Source: a virus (taxonomy: Duplodnaviria; Caudoviricetes). From it: a DNA stretch of 32,553 nt. The position numbers and the translations under genes are program-made. The stretch lies in the IMG/VR virus record IMGVR_UViG_3300020044_006473, positions 1 through 32,553 of that record; one strand, given 5' to 3'. Positions 17,776-26,762 of the stretch are shown one piece after another (position 1 is the stretch's first letter; the number at the start of each line of letters is the position of its first letter). A model generated the notes under the pieces. The model did not search any database and was not told where the DNA came from. It saw only the letters and a list, made by a program, of their open reading frames with translations.

Positions 17776-18264
17776 TTAGACAGGGGTCATTTTACCAACC
17801 TCGTAGACTGGCCCATTGTAAGGGCCATCGTACTCGCCTGGGAGTTCCTGACCTGAAGTAAACGCCTCAACCTCAATCTGGAAGATAGCCGAGTCAATCA
17901 GCACTTCTTCTCCAAGCAGTTCATTTTGGACTTCTGGCGTAAACCCGGCGGCCCGAAACTCTCGGTATCCTTCCCCCTGAAAATAGAACAGGTCAGAGAA
18001 AGCGAAAACAGGGAAAAAGGCATTGTATGGGCTTGGTGGCAGATCAAAACCAAAGTTCCCACGAAGAAAGCCGCTTCCCTTTTCTGTCCTGAACCAAGGT
18101 GCTACTTCATGGCTGTAATAGACTGTGTTGTGGATCTCGTTTACATCAGGAAGAATCCGTCCAACCCACTCCTGTGTCTCGTAGTCATAGTAATTCTGCG
18201 TGGCAAGGCGACGGCACTTTCCCCAAGTCCCGAAATACTGCGTCTCGCCTACGACATAGCCCAT
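17776..18264 (-). CDS. Putative tail-associated protein
   Basis: Coupled to the upstream tail gene (TGATG). Confidence 0.7.
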   Translation of the reverse strand: MGYVVGETQYFGTWGKCRRLATQNYYDYETQEWVGRILPDVNEIHNTVYYSHEVAPWFRTEKGSGFLRGNFGFDLPPSPYNAFFPVFAFSDLFYFQGEGYREFRAAGFTPEVQNELLGEEVLIDSAIFQIEVEAFTSGQELPGEYDGPYNGPVYEVGKMTPV

Positions 18265-19868
18265 CAGAGTCGCGCCCAGAAGTATTGAGCCGTGGAGTTA
18301 CCCATCTTGATGCGGTCAACCCAGAGTGAACCGCTGATCATCTGGTCGATGGTGAAGTTCTCTGGGTCACCGATGTTACGCGCAACGCCAATCATCAGGT
18401 AGCAGAAGAGGTCATCGTCCTGTGGGATTTGGTCGTACTGATCTTCAAAGAAGATAAGGATGGTCGGGTAAAGTTCAGAACTGTCGTCTTCAACCGGGAA
18501 CACAGGAGTGTCCGTGTCGTGACCTTCGGTTCCGAGACGGAGGTAGACGCGGGCCTCGGAGACGCCTGGACCTCCGTAGCCGAAGTCGATGGTTGTTGGC
18601 AGTTTCACCTTGCTTGGGCCGGGTCTGTTCCAGGGGATAAGGTTGTTGACCATACCAGCGCAGACATTGGCTCGGTAAAGGATTACTGGGCCTTCTGGTG
18701 AGGCCACAGTCAGTTCTCTTGGCTTCATCTGGAATGGGAATAGACACGATTCGCCGTCGTCCTGATTCGCGCAGGAGGCCGGGATAAGGTAACTGTAGTT
18801 GTACGAAGTCCAGTCAGCAGGGCCGACTCTCATGTCATACCAATCGGTAGTTACGGCTTCAAGTTCGTTCATCTCCGTCAGCGTGTCAGAGTTGACGATA
18901 TCCGACCAAGCGGGGTCTGCGTCCTTGTTCAGGTTGTAGGGGTCATTGGCCTCATTGAGGTCAGTCTGGTTGCAGAGGGTAGATCCGTTAAAGTGAACAG
19001 GGATGCTCAAGTCAATTGGGCCAACGCAGTCCTGGTCAATCGTAAGGACGAGTGATGTGCTTCCTTCTTGGGTGGATGCCGTGACTGTGCCGATGACCTT
19101 TACGCAGTAACCCCACTTTACCGGGTTGAAGTAAGTGGTATGGCAATTACCCCAGTCTCCAGACAGGTTGGTATTGCTTTGGCTGTACCCATCCATCTTC
19201 TGCATATTCATCTTGTTGACATACTCCGAAGGCCCGGTCTCGGAGAAGATGATGGACTCGATTGGATCACCAGACTTGAAGATAGACACCCAGGGGACTT
19301 CCTCATTGAGCAACGAGGATTCCGTGTCGTCGTTTGTAGAAGTGATGTCGAACTTACTGATCGTAACCCAGTATACACCTGGAGATGTGATATTATAGTA
19401 TCCACCGCTCTCCATGAAGAGTTTGCTGGCGATACCAGAAGGGATGCCTTGGGTAGCCGTGATGCCATTACCAAGTACAGCCGTTTTGCGAATCCAGGCT
19501 TGGCATTGATTGTAGTGGGCGCCGAGCCTGACGCGGGGCATATTGCTCTGCGTGAATTGGGCAGTCCCCTTGGCTAGTCGGAGTTTGTTGACGAAGACAT
19601 TGGGAGAAACCTCAACGCTGACTGTGGACAGTTCAAACTGTTGAGCAGTCAGGGTTGGCTCAACGGCAGTATCCGTGAGGTCGTCGTTACGCTCGGCCGG
19701 GAAATACATCGCCATGCCGCCGTTCGTACTCTGGAAGATGGCGTTAGGGCTTGGGCCAACTTGCGCCTTGTCGGCATTGGCCGCAAGGTTGTTGAACGAC
19801 TTGGCGAACAGCGGATCTCCAGGTGAAGTGCCACCAGAGGAGTTGTTGGTGAATCCCTGTAGTCCCAT
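18264..19868 (-). CDS. Putative tail tip/baseplate protein
   Basis: 534 aa, second gene after the tape measure; beta-rich and acidic. Confidence 0.7.
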   Translation of the reverse strand: MGLQGFTNNSSGGTSPGDPLFAKSFNNLAANADKAQVGPSPNAIFQSTNGGMAMYFPAERNDDLTDTAVEPTLTAQQFELSTVSVEVSPNVFVNKLRLAKGTAQFTQSNMPRVRLGAHYNQCQAWIRKTAVLGNGITATQGIPSGIASKLFMESGGYYNITSPGVYWVTISKFDITSTNDDTESSLLNEEVPWVSIFKSGDPIESIIFSETGPSEYVNKMNMQKMDGYSQSNTNLSGDWGNCHTTYFNPVKWGYCVKVIGTVTASTQEGSTSLVLTIDQDCVGPIDLSIPVHFNGSTLCNQTDLNEANDPYNLNKDADPAWSDIVNSDTLTEMNELEAVTTDWYDMRVGPADWTSYNYSYLIPASCANQDDGESCLFPFQMKPRELTVASPEGPVILYRANVCAGMVNNLIPWNRPGPSKVKLPTTIDFGYGGPGVSEARVYLRLGTEGHDTDTPVFPVEDDSSELYPTILIFFEDQYDQIPQDDDLFCYLMIGVARNIGDPENFTIDQMISGSLWVDRIKMGNSTAQYFWARL

Positions 19869-19869
19869 G

Positions 19870-20787
19870 TTAGGTCTGGTCTACCGATGGGTAGATATCC
19901 TTATCCCAACCGATGAAGCCAGACATCATGAGGTCGGCTTGGATCTTGTAAAGGCCACCATAGACTTCAACGGATGCGTTGGTGCAAAGGTAATTCCTGC
20001 TCACACCGGGATTACCTACGAACACCACAGGGAGATCCTGGTCTGCCTTCTGGAGAAGGGTGTCGTAAGGAGGCGGTAGAACGATGGCACCAAACTTACC
20101 CTTATTGCTCCAGCCTACCCGACGCACAGTCTCCTGTGCTAGTTCGGCGTTATTGGTGTAGACCAAGCAACGCAGGGTGACGGATGGCTTGAAGTAAGAT
20201 CGGATACCAGCCTTGATGTTGATGTTGTCTCCAGACTTCTGCGCGGGAAGGAAACCAGCGAATGCATAAACAACTACCTGTTTCGAGGTAGACTTCTGTA
20301 GGGCGAAGTGAGCGCGGTTAGGGTTGATAGAAAGGTTCTCTTCGTTGTCGGCAATGACCTTTGCAGGGCCAGCAAGCGGATTCGTGCTGATGCGCGGAGA
20401 AGTGACTTGGGTGAAGTTAGGATGCGTCTCGATGGCTTCCTGCCCGGTGGCGCTGTTAACCTGGACTTGGCAAGTGGTTACCGACTGATTGCCTTCGATC
20501 CCACAATACTCGGCGCTGGCGGTGACGATTGACTCGTTAGCGGAAAGCGAGACCTTGTAGAGCGTAAGGTTCTCAAAGTCTTTAGCACCAGGAGGCTTTG
20601 AGCCTCTCTTAAAGTCATTCTCCATTTGCAAGTAATTGGAGGCGTGTCCAGTATACTTGAACTGGGCTGTGACTAGGCCAAAGCCGTCGTTGGAGATGGT
20701 GTAGTTCTTGTCCAGGGCATAAGTGCCGACAAGGTTTACGCCAAAGTTTAAGGCCGTAGGAGGTCTTGGTGTGTGGAATCTGCTCAT
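19870..20787 (-). CDS. Putative distal tail/hub protein
   Basis: Directly after the tape measure gene; EAIETHPNF motif. Confidence 0.65.
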   Translation of the reverse strand: MSRFHTPRPPTALNFGVNLVGTYALDKNYTISNDGFGLVTAQFKYTGHASNYLQMENDFKRGSKPPGAKDFENLTLYKVSLSANESIVTASAEYCGIEGNQSVTTCQVQVNSATGQEAIETHPNFTQVTSPRISTNPLAGPAKVIADNEENLSINPNRAHFALQKSTSKQVVVYAFAGFLPAQKSGDNINIKAGIRSYFKPSVTLRCLVYTNNAELAQETVRRVGWSNKGKFGAIVLPPPYDTLLQKADQDLPVVFVGNPGVSRNYLCTNASVEVYGGLYKIQADLMMSGFIGWDKDIYPSVDQT

Positions 20788-22319
20788 TATTTTACGACGA
20801 TGTCGGTAGGTGGTGCGGGAGCCGGGACGCCAGCGGAGGAACTTCCAGGCCCAGCCCTCATCTCTTCAAGTGCGTTGGCAGAACGCTCTGTGGCATTCTT
20901 AATGGCGTCAAGACTATCTACGCGGGAAATGGAAGAAAGGATGTCACCGCCGCCCATCTGTTGCATCGTGGAGGCGGTCTGGAAGATTCCCTTCTGGAGA
21001 TCCATGTTGCCCTCGGCCTTGATGCGGTCATCGAACTCCTTGATGATGCCCTTCTGGCGTTCAGTCCAGTTCTTCTCATCGCCGAACTGTTCGGCAACCT
21101 TGTTGCGGACATCTTGGGTGGTTTCACCTAGTCCACGAACGCCGTACCTTGGGTCAGCGGCTCCAGTAAGTTCCGAATATCCAGGAAGAGTAGCACTAGC
21201 CCATTTTGAAAGAACACCAGTCCAACTTCTATCAGCGCCCTTGAGCAACTGATCTACAGTCTTCTTTGAGTCTCCATTGGCACCCATTTCAGCGGCCTTA
21301 ATCTTGAGAATATCCTTTCCTCCAAACCCAGAGATGGCGGCGGCGGCGTGGGTGGTCAAGAAATCCCACACACCTCCACCAACTTTCCCTGCGTCTGCGG
21401 CCGCGCTTACGGCGGTACCAGATACAACCGGGGCGGCGTTCTTATAGGCTTCGATGCCTTCTCGTCCCTGGCGAAGCATTGGAATCATCGTCTTGAACGA
21501 GTCTCCGAAAAGTTCAGCGCCAAGTGCGGCCATTTCGGCGGTCTCGGCGTTCTTCTTGTAGGCGTCGGCCATCTTCAGCAGTACATCCGAAGACTTAACA
21601 GATCCAGCACGGATGCCTTCAATACTGACGCCAAGTCGTCGAAGTGCGACGATGCTTCCACCACCCTCAAGCGCCATCTTGCCGAGCGCCTTGTTCCCGG
21701 CTGTGATAGACTGGACAAACTCACTAAAGGAAACACCCGACATCTTGGCGGCGTAGCCGAGTTCTTGGACTTCCTTGGTGGATAGGCCAGTCATTCGCGA
21801 AGCCTTCTGGATCTCTTCGCCTCGCTTGATGCCATCCATTACGGCCTTTACGCCGAAGTCGATAGCCATCGAAAGGAGGTTGAATCCAGACAGCATCTCC
21901 CCGGCCTTCTGTCGTAGATCGGTCTGAAACTCTTGACCCCATCCCTTCTGCCAAGGCAGGGCAGGAGGAGGGGGTGGCGGCCGAGGGGGTGGCGGCGGCG
22001 TAGGTTGCGGCGTAGGTGGGCTAGGCGGGTTTGGCGGCCGAGGCGGCTGGGGCGGCGGCGTAGGTCCAGGTCCAGGTCCAGGCGCGGGCGGCGTTGGGAT
22101 TGGCGCGGGCGGCGCGGGGATTGGCGCGGGCGTTGGAGGGAATGGTCCAGGAGCAGGAGGTATAGGACTTTTGCCACCGGGGGCGGGCGGTGTAGGTCCA
22201 GGAGTAGGAGTAGGGTTCGGGCTACCACCCGGCGTAGCAGGAATGCTATTCGGGACTTGGGCGCTGTTTAGCCCAGTCGTGTCGGCCACGAACTTTACTT
22301 TTACTTCGTCAGAACTCAT
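20787..22319 (-). CDS. Tape measure protein with a Pro-rich N-terminal insert
   Basis: VKVKFVADTTG N-terminus, TGLSTKEVQELGYAAKMSG, ALGAELFG..FKTMIPML; follows the chaperone gene. Confidence 0.85.
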   Translation of the reverse strand: MSSDEVKVKFVADTTGLNSAQVPNSIPATPGGSPNPTPTPGPTPPAPGGKSPIPPAPGPFPPTPAPIPAPPAPIPTPPAPGPGPGPTPPPQPPRPPNPPSPPTPQPTPPPPPRPPPPPPALPWQKGWGQEFQTDLRQKAGEMLSGFNLLSMAIDFGVKAVMDGIKRGEEIQKASRMTGLSTKEVQELGYAAKMSGVSFSEFVQSITAGNKALGKMALEGGGSIVALRRLGVSIEGIRAGSVKSSDVLLKMADAYKKNAETAEMAALGAELFGDSFKTMIPMLRQGREGIEAYKNAAPVVSGTAVSAAADAGKVGGGVWDFLTTHAAAAISGFGGKDILKIKAAEMGANGDSKKTVDQLLKGADRSWTGVLSKWASATLPGYSELTGAADPRYGVRGLGETTQDVRNKVAEQFGDEKNWTERQKGIIKEFDDRIKAEGNMDLQKGIFQTASTMQQMGGGDILSSISRVDSLDAIKNATERSANALEEMRAGPGSSSAGVPAPAPPTDIVVK

Positions 22320-22888
22320 TTCTTTTTGGGGATCTTCATGTTCTTGAGCATCTCCATCGCAATCTTGTCTCCATCACCGATGACATCAATGTCAGATCCA
22401 GCGGCGATGGCGTTGGCTACATAGAACCAAACTGCCTCGGTTTCTGGCATCGTCCAGGCTTGCTCATATGAGAATCCGTTTTTGATAAGGTTTGATACGC
22501 AAGAAAGGATAGAGGGGATGCCGCGACTATTACCCTTATTACCCCTCTTCTCCCACAGCGTCGGTGAGCATTCGTGATAAGAGATGTAATTCACGAACTT
22601 ATCCATCTCCTGCTTGTAGATGTCGTCATCAACGAACATATGCTTGAAGAACCTCTCGTCCTGCTTGTCTGCCTTTACTACGAGCATCTCCTTTAGGCTG
22701 TAGGTCGAAAGGATGTGACAGGCCAGCAATAGGTCTTGAGGCGACATCACCTTGCTGATCTTGATCGCCGGGGAATCGATATCCTCAAGCACCAACCTAT
22801 GACGAAGACATAGCGGCTTCAAGATACGGCCGCAGACTTCCACCTCTAGGATGGAAGTCTTTACGGCCTGTGTAAAGCGGCAGTCCAA
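22316..22888 (-). CDS. Tail assembly chaperone (putative)
   Basis: Lies between the tail tube and tape measure genes; AWTMP motif near the C-terminus; TTG start uncertain. Confidence 0.6.
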   Translation of the reverse strand: MDCRFTQAVKTSILEVEVCGRILKPLCLRHRLVLEDIDSPAIKISKVMSPQDLLLACHILSTYSLKEMLVVKADKQDERFFKHMFVDDDIYKQEMDKFVNYISYHECSPTLWEKRGNKGNSRGIPSILSCVSNLIKNGFSYEQAWTMPETEAVWFYVANAIAAGSDIDVIGDGDKIAMEMLKNMKIPKKK

Positions 22889-22903
22889 GGGCCGCCGTTG
22901 CCG

Positions 22904-23236
22904 TTAGGCAATCTCCTGGTACTTGACGCCTCGGATGGACAGTTTGCGGTATTCCTGATTGGAACCGCGATCCGTGACTTCCTTGATGATAAAGGACATC
23001 CCGCTATAGGTCAGGGTCTGGCCGGGGAGGACAGAGTCAACGGACTTGATAACACCTTCGATGGTGATCTCGTTGCGCTCGTCGTCCAGGCGGTTGGTGA
23101 TGACTCGACCTTCCGAGTCCATAACCTCAACATCAAGGCCGAAGCGGACAGTCCAAGAGTCGGACTGAACGATGATGCCCACAACTTCATCGTAGGGGCC
23201 AAAGACAAGGGCTTCTCCAAACTCGTTTAGTGCCAT
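22904..23236 (-). CDS. Major tail tube protein (putative, 110 aa)
   Basis: Synteny; beta-strand pattern; preceded by its own late element. Confidence 0.6.
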   Translation of the reverse strand: MALNEFGEALVFGPYDEVVGIIVQSDSWTVRFGLDVEVMDSEGRVITNRLDDERNEITIEGVIKSVDSVLPGQTLTYSGMSFIIKEVTDRGSNQEYRKLSIRGVKYQEIA

Positions 23237-23248
23237 AGTGGTAGATTA

Positions 23249-23268
23249 TACCACTAGCCTAATGTCAA
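23249..23268 (-). promoter_or_regulatory. Late element copy 2 (TTGACATTAGGCTAGTGGTA)
   Basis: Consensus match; overlaps the TGA stop of the upstream gene. Confidence 0.65.
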
Positions 23269-23696
23269 ACAGGGTTAGGAGGCAGGACGGCCACCACAGT
23301 ATAGACGATGCGATTGCCATAGTTTCGGCTATGCATCCCCTCCTCGTCGGCCTCGATCCAGATTTGGTAGAGTTTACCCTGGTCGGTCAGCCATAGGGCT
23401 TTGCAAGCGATTAGGTCGGCCATCAAGCCGTGAACCTTGGAAACCCTCTCCCGGTGCGCCTGAAGGGTCTCATCGTCGGCCGAGGAGTAGACGAAGATTT
23501 CCAACTTCACATGGTAGTTACCAAGGGGGGTGGCGCCCAACTCCCTAGGGGGGGAGGCATCGTTGGCGTAGACCACGATGCAAGGCATCGAGCGGAGGCT
23601 ATCCGTGATACCCTTGACCACATTGGTGTCGGTGATGTTGGCGGCGAGGTAAGCGGAGAACTTATCCTCAACGATGGATCTGATTAGGGCGCTCAT
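23265..23696 (-). CDS. Tail terminator/completion protein (putative)
   Basis: Synteny; PCIVVY motif. Confidence 0.6.
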   Translation of the reverse strand: MSALIRSIVEDKFSAYLAANITDTNVVKGITDSLRSMPCIVVYANDASPPRELGATPLGNYHVKLEIFVYSSADDETLQAHRERVSKVHGLMADLIACKALWLTDQGKLYQIWIEADEEGMHSRNYGNRIVYTVVAVLPPNPV

Positions 23697-24670
23697 TAGG
23701 TGATTGCGAAGCCTGGGCCAACGCCGTGGTGCTTGGCAAGGTGATAAAGCATATTGGCGTTGCCGTTTTTGACTAGGCGCTGGTAGATTTCCTCGCGCAT
23801 CGAGTATGCGCGGTAGTTAAGGGCTAGACGGAAGCCGTCCTTGGTGGCGCGGTGAAGACCCTGCACCTTATTGCCAACTGTGACGGCTGGCCTAGTAGGG
23901 TCTGCCAGTTGATCTACGAGGGTGCCTGTGTTCCATTGGTTGCCGCGAACCCAGTAGCCGACATTCTTCATCCGACCCAACTGGGAGCCAACTGTGAACC
24001 AGCCAGCCTTGAGACGGCCAACATGAGCCTGGACGCGCTTGGTGTAGGCTTGCACCTCCTTGCCGTCATCATCGATGACATAGCGGGTGCCATACTTCCC
24101 TGCGGCCTTCATATTCTTGAAGTAGTCTGCGGTGGTATTGCCGCCGCGCTCGCGCTCATGGATGGACTTAATCTGGCTAGTATTGCCATAGGACTGCATA
24201 TTGACCAATCCAGGACTGATTTCAGCCTCTGCCTTGGCGAAGTCCCATTGCTGGAATTTCTTCCATAGGCCGGGGAAGTTGTCACCATTGATGAGCCACT
24301 TTGGGAGCATCGGGTTAGAGAGTTTCTTGCGGGCGCGAAGCCAAGCGCCGAAGACGCCTTCGCTTCCGTGCTGGAGGATCTCCCCGGCGCCAACAAACTT
24401 CAGGGGCAGGAAGATGGACTTAATCTGTGACTCCACCCTATCCTTGCCGTTCAACTGGGCGCGACGGCTACGGCCGTCCTGCCCCATGCCGCCTTCCCAG
24501 GGCATAGTGTAATCCAGCATATCGTCACAGAACAGCCTAGCCTGTTTCTTGAGCAGTTTGGCGGCATTACCGCCCATGACCTTGATGTAGGCTCCGAGGT
24601 GCTGTCGGAACTCTTGTTCGTTGGTAATTACACCCTTCTTTACCTTGATCGTGCCGTGGGGCGTAATCAT
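23696..24670 (-). CDS. Neck/tail completion protein (putative)
   Basis: Basic protein after the head-closure gene; ATGA-coupled start at 24670 (MITPHG). Confidence 0.6.
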   Translation of the reverse strand: MITPHGTIKVKKGVITNEQEFRQHLGAYIKVMGGNAAKLLKKQARLFCDDMLDYTMPWEGGMGQDGRSRRAQLNGKDRVESQIKSIFLPLKFVGAGEILQHGSEGVFGAWLRARKKLSNPMLPKWLINGDNFPGLWKKFQQWDFAKAEAEISPGLVNMQSYGNTSQIKSIHERERGGNTTADYFKNMKAAGKYGTRYVIDDDGKEVQAYTKRVQAHVGRLKAGWFTVGSQLGRMKNVGYWVRGNQWNTGTLVDQLADPTRPAVTVGNKVQGLHRATKDGFRLALNYRAYSMREEIYQRLVKNGNANMLYHLAKHHGVGPGFAIT

Positions 24671-25002
24671 TGCTCCTTGGTCTGCACCTTGGCTACAAGC
24701 CAAGCAGACGGAGGACGATTGGCGATAGCCACGATGCGGTAGTCCTGCCCATCGTAGTTGATGATGTTGCCGTAGGCAAACAGGCCGGGATGGGTGGATG
24801 CCACAGTACGCAGAACCTTCACTTCAAAGGTGGTTGAGTTAAGGAAGCCACCAGTCTCCATGTCCTGGAGAACCATCGGCTGGGTCACCATAGCCTTGAA
24901 GGCCACAGGAGTGCCGCCAGGGACATTCTTGATCGTGATGTCCTTACCTACCTCGTTGAGGATGGATAGGGCATCAGCCGTGAACTCGTCCCAGATAGAC
25001 AT
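24667..25002 (-). CDS. Head-closure (gpFII-like) protein (putative)
   Basis: 111 aa after the capsid gene; GNIINYDGQDYRIVAI beta pattern. Confidence 0.65.
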   Translation of the reverse strand: MSIWDEFTADALSILNEVGKDITIKNVPGGTPVAFKAMVTQPMVLQDMETGGFLNSTTFEVKVLRTVASTHPGLFAYGNIINYDGQDYRIVAIANRPPSAWLVAKVQTKEQ

Positions 25003-25021
25003 ACAGTTGGCCTGTGGTCAA
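25002..25021 (-). promoter_or_regulatory. Late element copy 3 (TTGACCACAGGCCAACTGTA|TG)
   Basis: Consensus match; the final A is the A of the ATG. Confidence 0.65.
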
Positions 25022-25054
25022 AAGAAGAGGCCCACCACTTGTGTGGTGAGCCTC
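25020..25054 (-). terminator. Intrinsic terminator after the capsid gene
   Basis: GAGGCTCACCAC-ACAA-GTGGTGGGCCTC followed by TTCTTTT; a second hairpin GAGGGGTG/CACCCCTC at 25071-25091. Confidence 0.8.
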
Positions 25055-25097
25055 TCTGCATTGGCGCGGCGAGGGGTGGACTTCACCCCTCTGAAAC

Positions 25098-25997
25098 TTA
25101 CGAGGTGAAGGTGATCTTCTGGAGCGCGTCCGGGTTGCCCTTCGCAGAACCGACGAGCCAGTTGGCCGACAGTTTGTGAAGACCAGCCGACCAGTCGTAC
25201 CAGTAGCGGAGAGCGTAGGAGAACTGGCTGTCCGGGTCGGTAACGATCGTCTGTTCGCCACCACCAGTCGTGGGAGCGGCAGGAACGCGGGTAACGACAA
25301 CGAGACCTTCCTTGCAGGAGACAACACCATTGAGGCCCGTCTCGATGCCAGCGGCGTCGAAGCCGTTGTACTCGAAGAAGTCGATGCCGTGGATCATACC
25401 GAGGCGGTTGCCACGGATGACTTCAGAGGTACCGATGGAGAACGCCTGGGCGATCACCGGGTCGGAGATCAACTGCTGGTAGGCATCGGGGCTGATAAGA
25501 GCCGAGCGGCCTTCCTGGGGGAGGTTAGCCTTGGTGAGGCTCTTGGCGATGTTGGAGACAGCGATGCGGTTGAAGGAAGACTGGGCGCCATCGTAACCAT
25601 CGGCGAAGGAGGTATCAACCTTGGTGAGAACCTGGTCGAACAGGGACTTGACGACAGCGTTAGCCATCGGAGCCATGAAGAGGCGACGGAGGCGTTCCAT
25701 CGAGAGCGTGGCGACTTCGTAGTCGGTGAACGCGATGGTCACATGTTTCTGGTCAACGAGGGTGACCGGGACATCGGTGGAGACGGCGTCCTGCTCGACG
25801 AAGCCAGTTGCGCGGGCGTAATTAGCGGCCGTGAACTTGCCAGCGTAGCGGGTGTGGACAGTCGTACCGCGCTCGGCGACATAGGCGCCGAAGTCGGTGA
25901 CTGCGATCTTGGTGAGGGGCTGGAGTTGCGGAACGAGCGTCCGCAGGGACTCTTCAGCCACCAACTGGAGGGTCAAGCCTCCGATAGCGTTAGACAT
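25098..25997 (-). CDS. Major capsid protein (HK97 fold, P22 coat-like)
   Basis: GTTVH, LTKANLPQEGRSALISP, GNRLGMIHGIDFFE; strong codon bias; followed by a terminator. Confidence 0.88.
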   Translation of the reverse strand: MSNAIGGLTLQLVAEESLRTLVPQLQPLTKIAVTDFGAYVAERGTTVHTRYAGKFTAANYARATGFVEQDAVSTDVPVTLVDQKHVTIAFTDYEVATLSMERLRRLFMAPMANAVVKSLFDQVLTKVDTSFADGYDGAQSSFNRIAVSNIAKSLTKANLPQEGRSALISPDAYQQLISDPVIAQAFSIGTSEVIRGNRLGMIHGIDFFEYNGFDAAGIETGLNGVVSCKEGLVVVTRVPAAPTTGGGEQTIVTDPDSQFSYALRYWYDWSAGLHKLSANWLVGSAKGNPDALQKITFTS

Positions 25998-26025
25998 AGT
26001 AGTATTTTAGGGTTTGAGGGTGAAA

Positions 26026-26262
26026 TTAAGAAACAGTACCAGTAACCTTCTGGAAGTTACGCTGGGTAACTTCGGTTCGGTAGTTGTGGGTATAGCCGAT
26101 TTCAAACTCCATCGGGCCACCGGGAGGGGCGGTTTCCGTGAGTTTGATAGTAAAGGAAAGGTTGGTATTTCCTCCGTTGGCGTTGGCATCAGCAACGATG
26201 TGCGCCCACGATGCGGACAGCAGAGAGCCGATTTCGGCGGTAAGTGATGCAGGAAGTGCCAT
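26026..26262 (-). CDS. Small head-associated protein (possible decoration protein)
   Basis: 78 aa between the scaffold and capsid genes. Confidence 0.6.
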   Translation of the reverse strand: MALPASLTAEIGSLLSASWAHIVADANANGGNTNLSFTIKLTETAPPGGPMEFEIGYTHNYRTEVTQRNFQKVTGTVS

Positions 26263-26271
26263 TTTGTTTGA

Positions 26272-26733
26272 TTAGCGAAGGCCAGCAAGGCGCATCAGAG
26301 CGCTCTTGTTGAGGTCGTAGAACTTCTGGGCGGCCTTGGCGTCGGACTTCTTGAGGACGGCCCACTCCTGGGCGATTTCGTCATCAGTCTTGTTGGCGGC
26401 AGAGGCTTCGATGGGGGCAACTTCAACCGGGTCAACACCAACGGAGGCGGCGATCTTCGCGGCTTTCTTGCCAGCGGTCTCAAAGGACGCTTCCAGGGCG
26501 GTGTACTTCTTGGCGGCCTCGGCGAGAGCGCCTTCCAGTTCGACAACCTTGGCGGCCATCTTCTCAATCGCGCCATTGGCGGCGGCGTGGAGTTCGATAG
26601 CGGCGGCAAGTTCAGACTCCTTGGAGACAAGGGCTTCCTTGATCTTGGAGAGTTCGACGGACGAGGCTTCGGCTTCGGCGGCCTTCCCGGTGAAGGCTTC
26701 CTTGAGCGAATTAAGGCGTTCTTCGATGGTCAT
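26272..26733 (-). CDS. Scaffolding protein (putative)
   Basis: A/E/K-rich coiled coil after the protease gene; start MTIEERL at 26733. Confidence 0.7.
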   Translation of the reverse strand: MTIEERLNSLKEAFTGKAAEAEASSVELSKIKEALVSKESELAAAIELHAAANGAIEKMAAKVVELEGALAEAAKKYTALEASFETAGKKAAKIAASVGVDPVEVAPIEASAANKTDDEIAQEWAVLKKSDAKAAQKFYDLNKSALMRLAGLR

Positions 26734-26742
26734 AGCAGTTAT

Positions 26743-26762
26743 TGCTGATAGCCTGTTGTCAA
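26743..26762 (-). promoter_or_regulatory. Late element copy 4 (TTGACAACAGGCTATCAGCA)
   Basis: Consensus match; overlaps the TGA stop of the protease gene. Confidence 0.6.

Noticed and set aside
15528-19868. Diversity-generating retroelement or invertible tail fibre cassette
   Set aside because: No reverse transcriptase, invertase or TR/VR repeat pair seen.
22316-22900. Programmed G/GT frameshift in the tail chaperone
   Set aside because: A single ORF fills the interval between the tube and tape measure genes; no second frame is needed.
23245-23268. Canonical sigma70 promoter TTGACA...TATAAT
   Set aside because: Spacer is only 12 nt; better explained as a copy of the late element.
25021-25097. 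tRNA after the capsid gene
   Set aside because: Two independent hairpins; no cloverleaf, TTC loop or acceptor stem.
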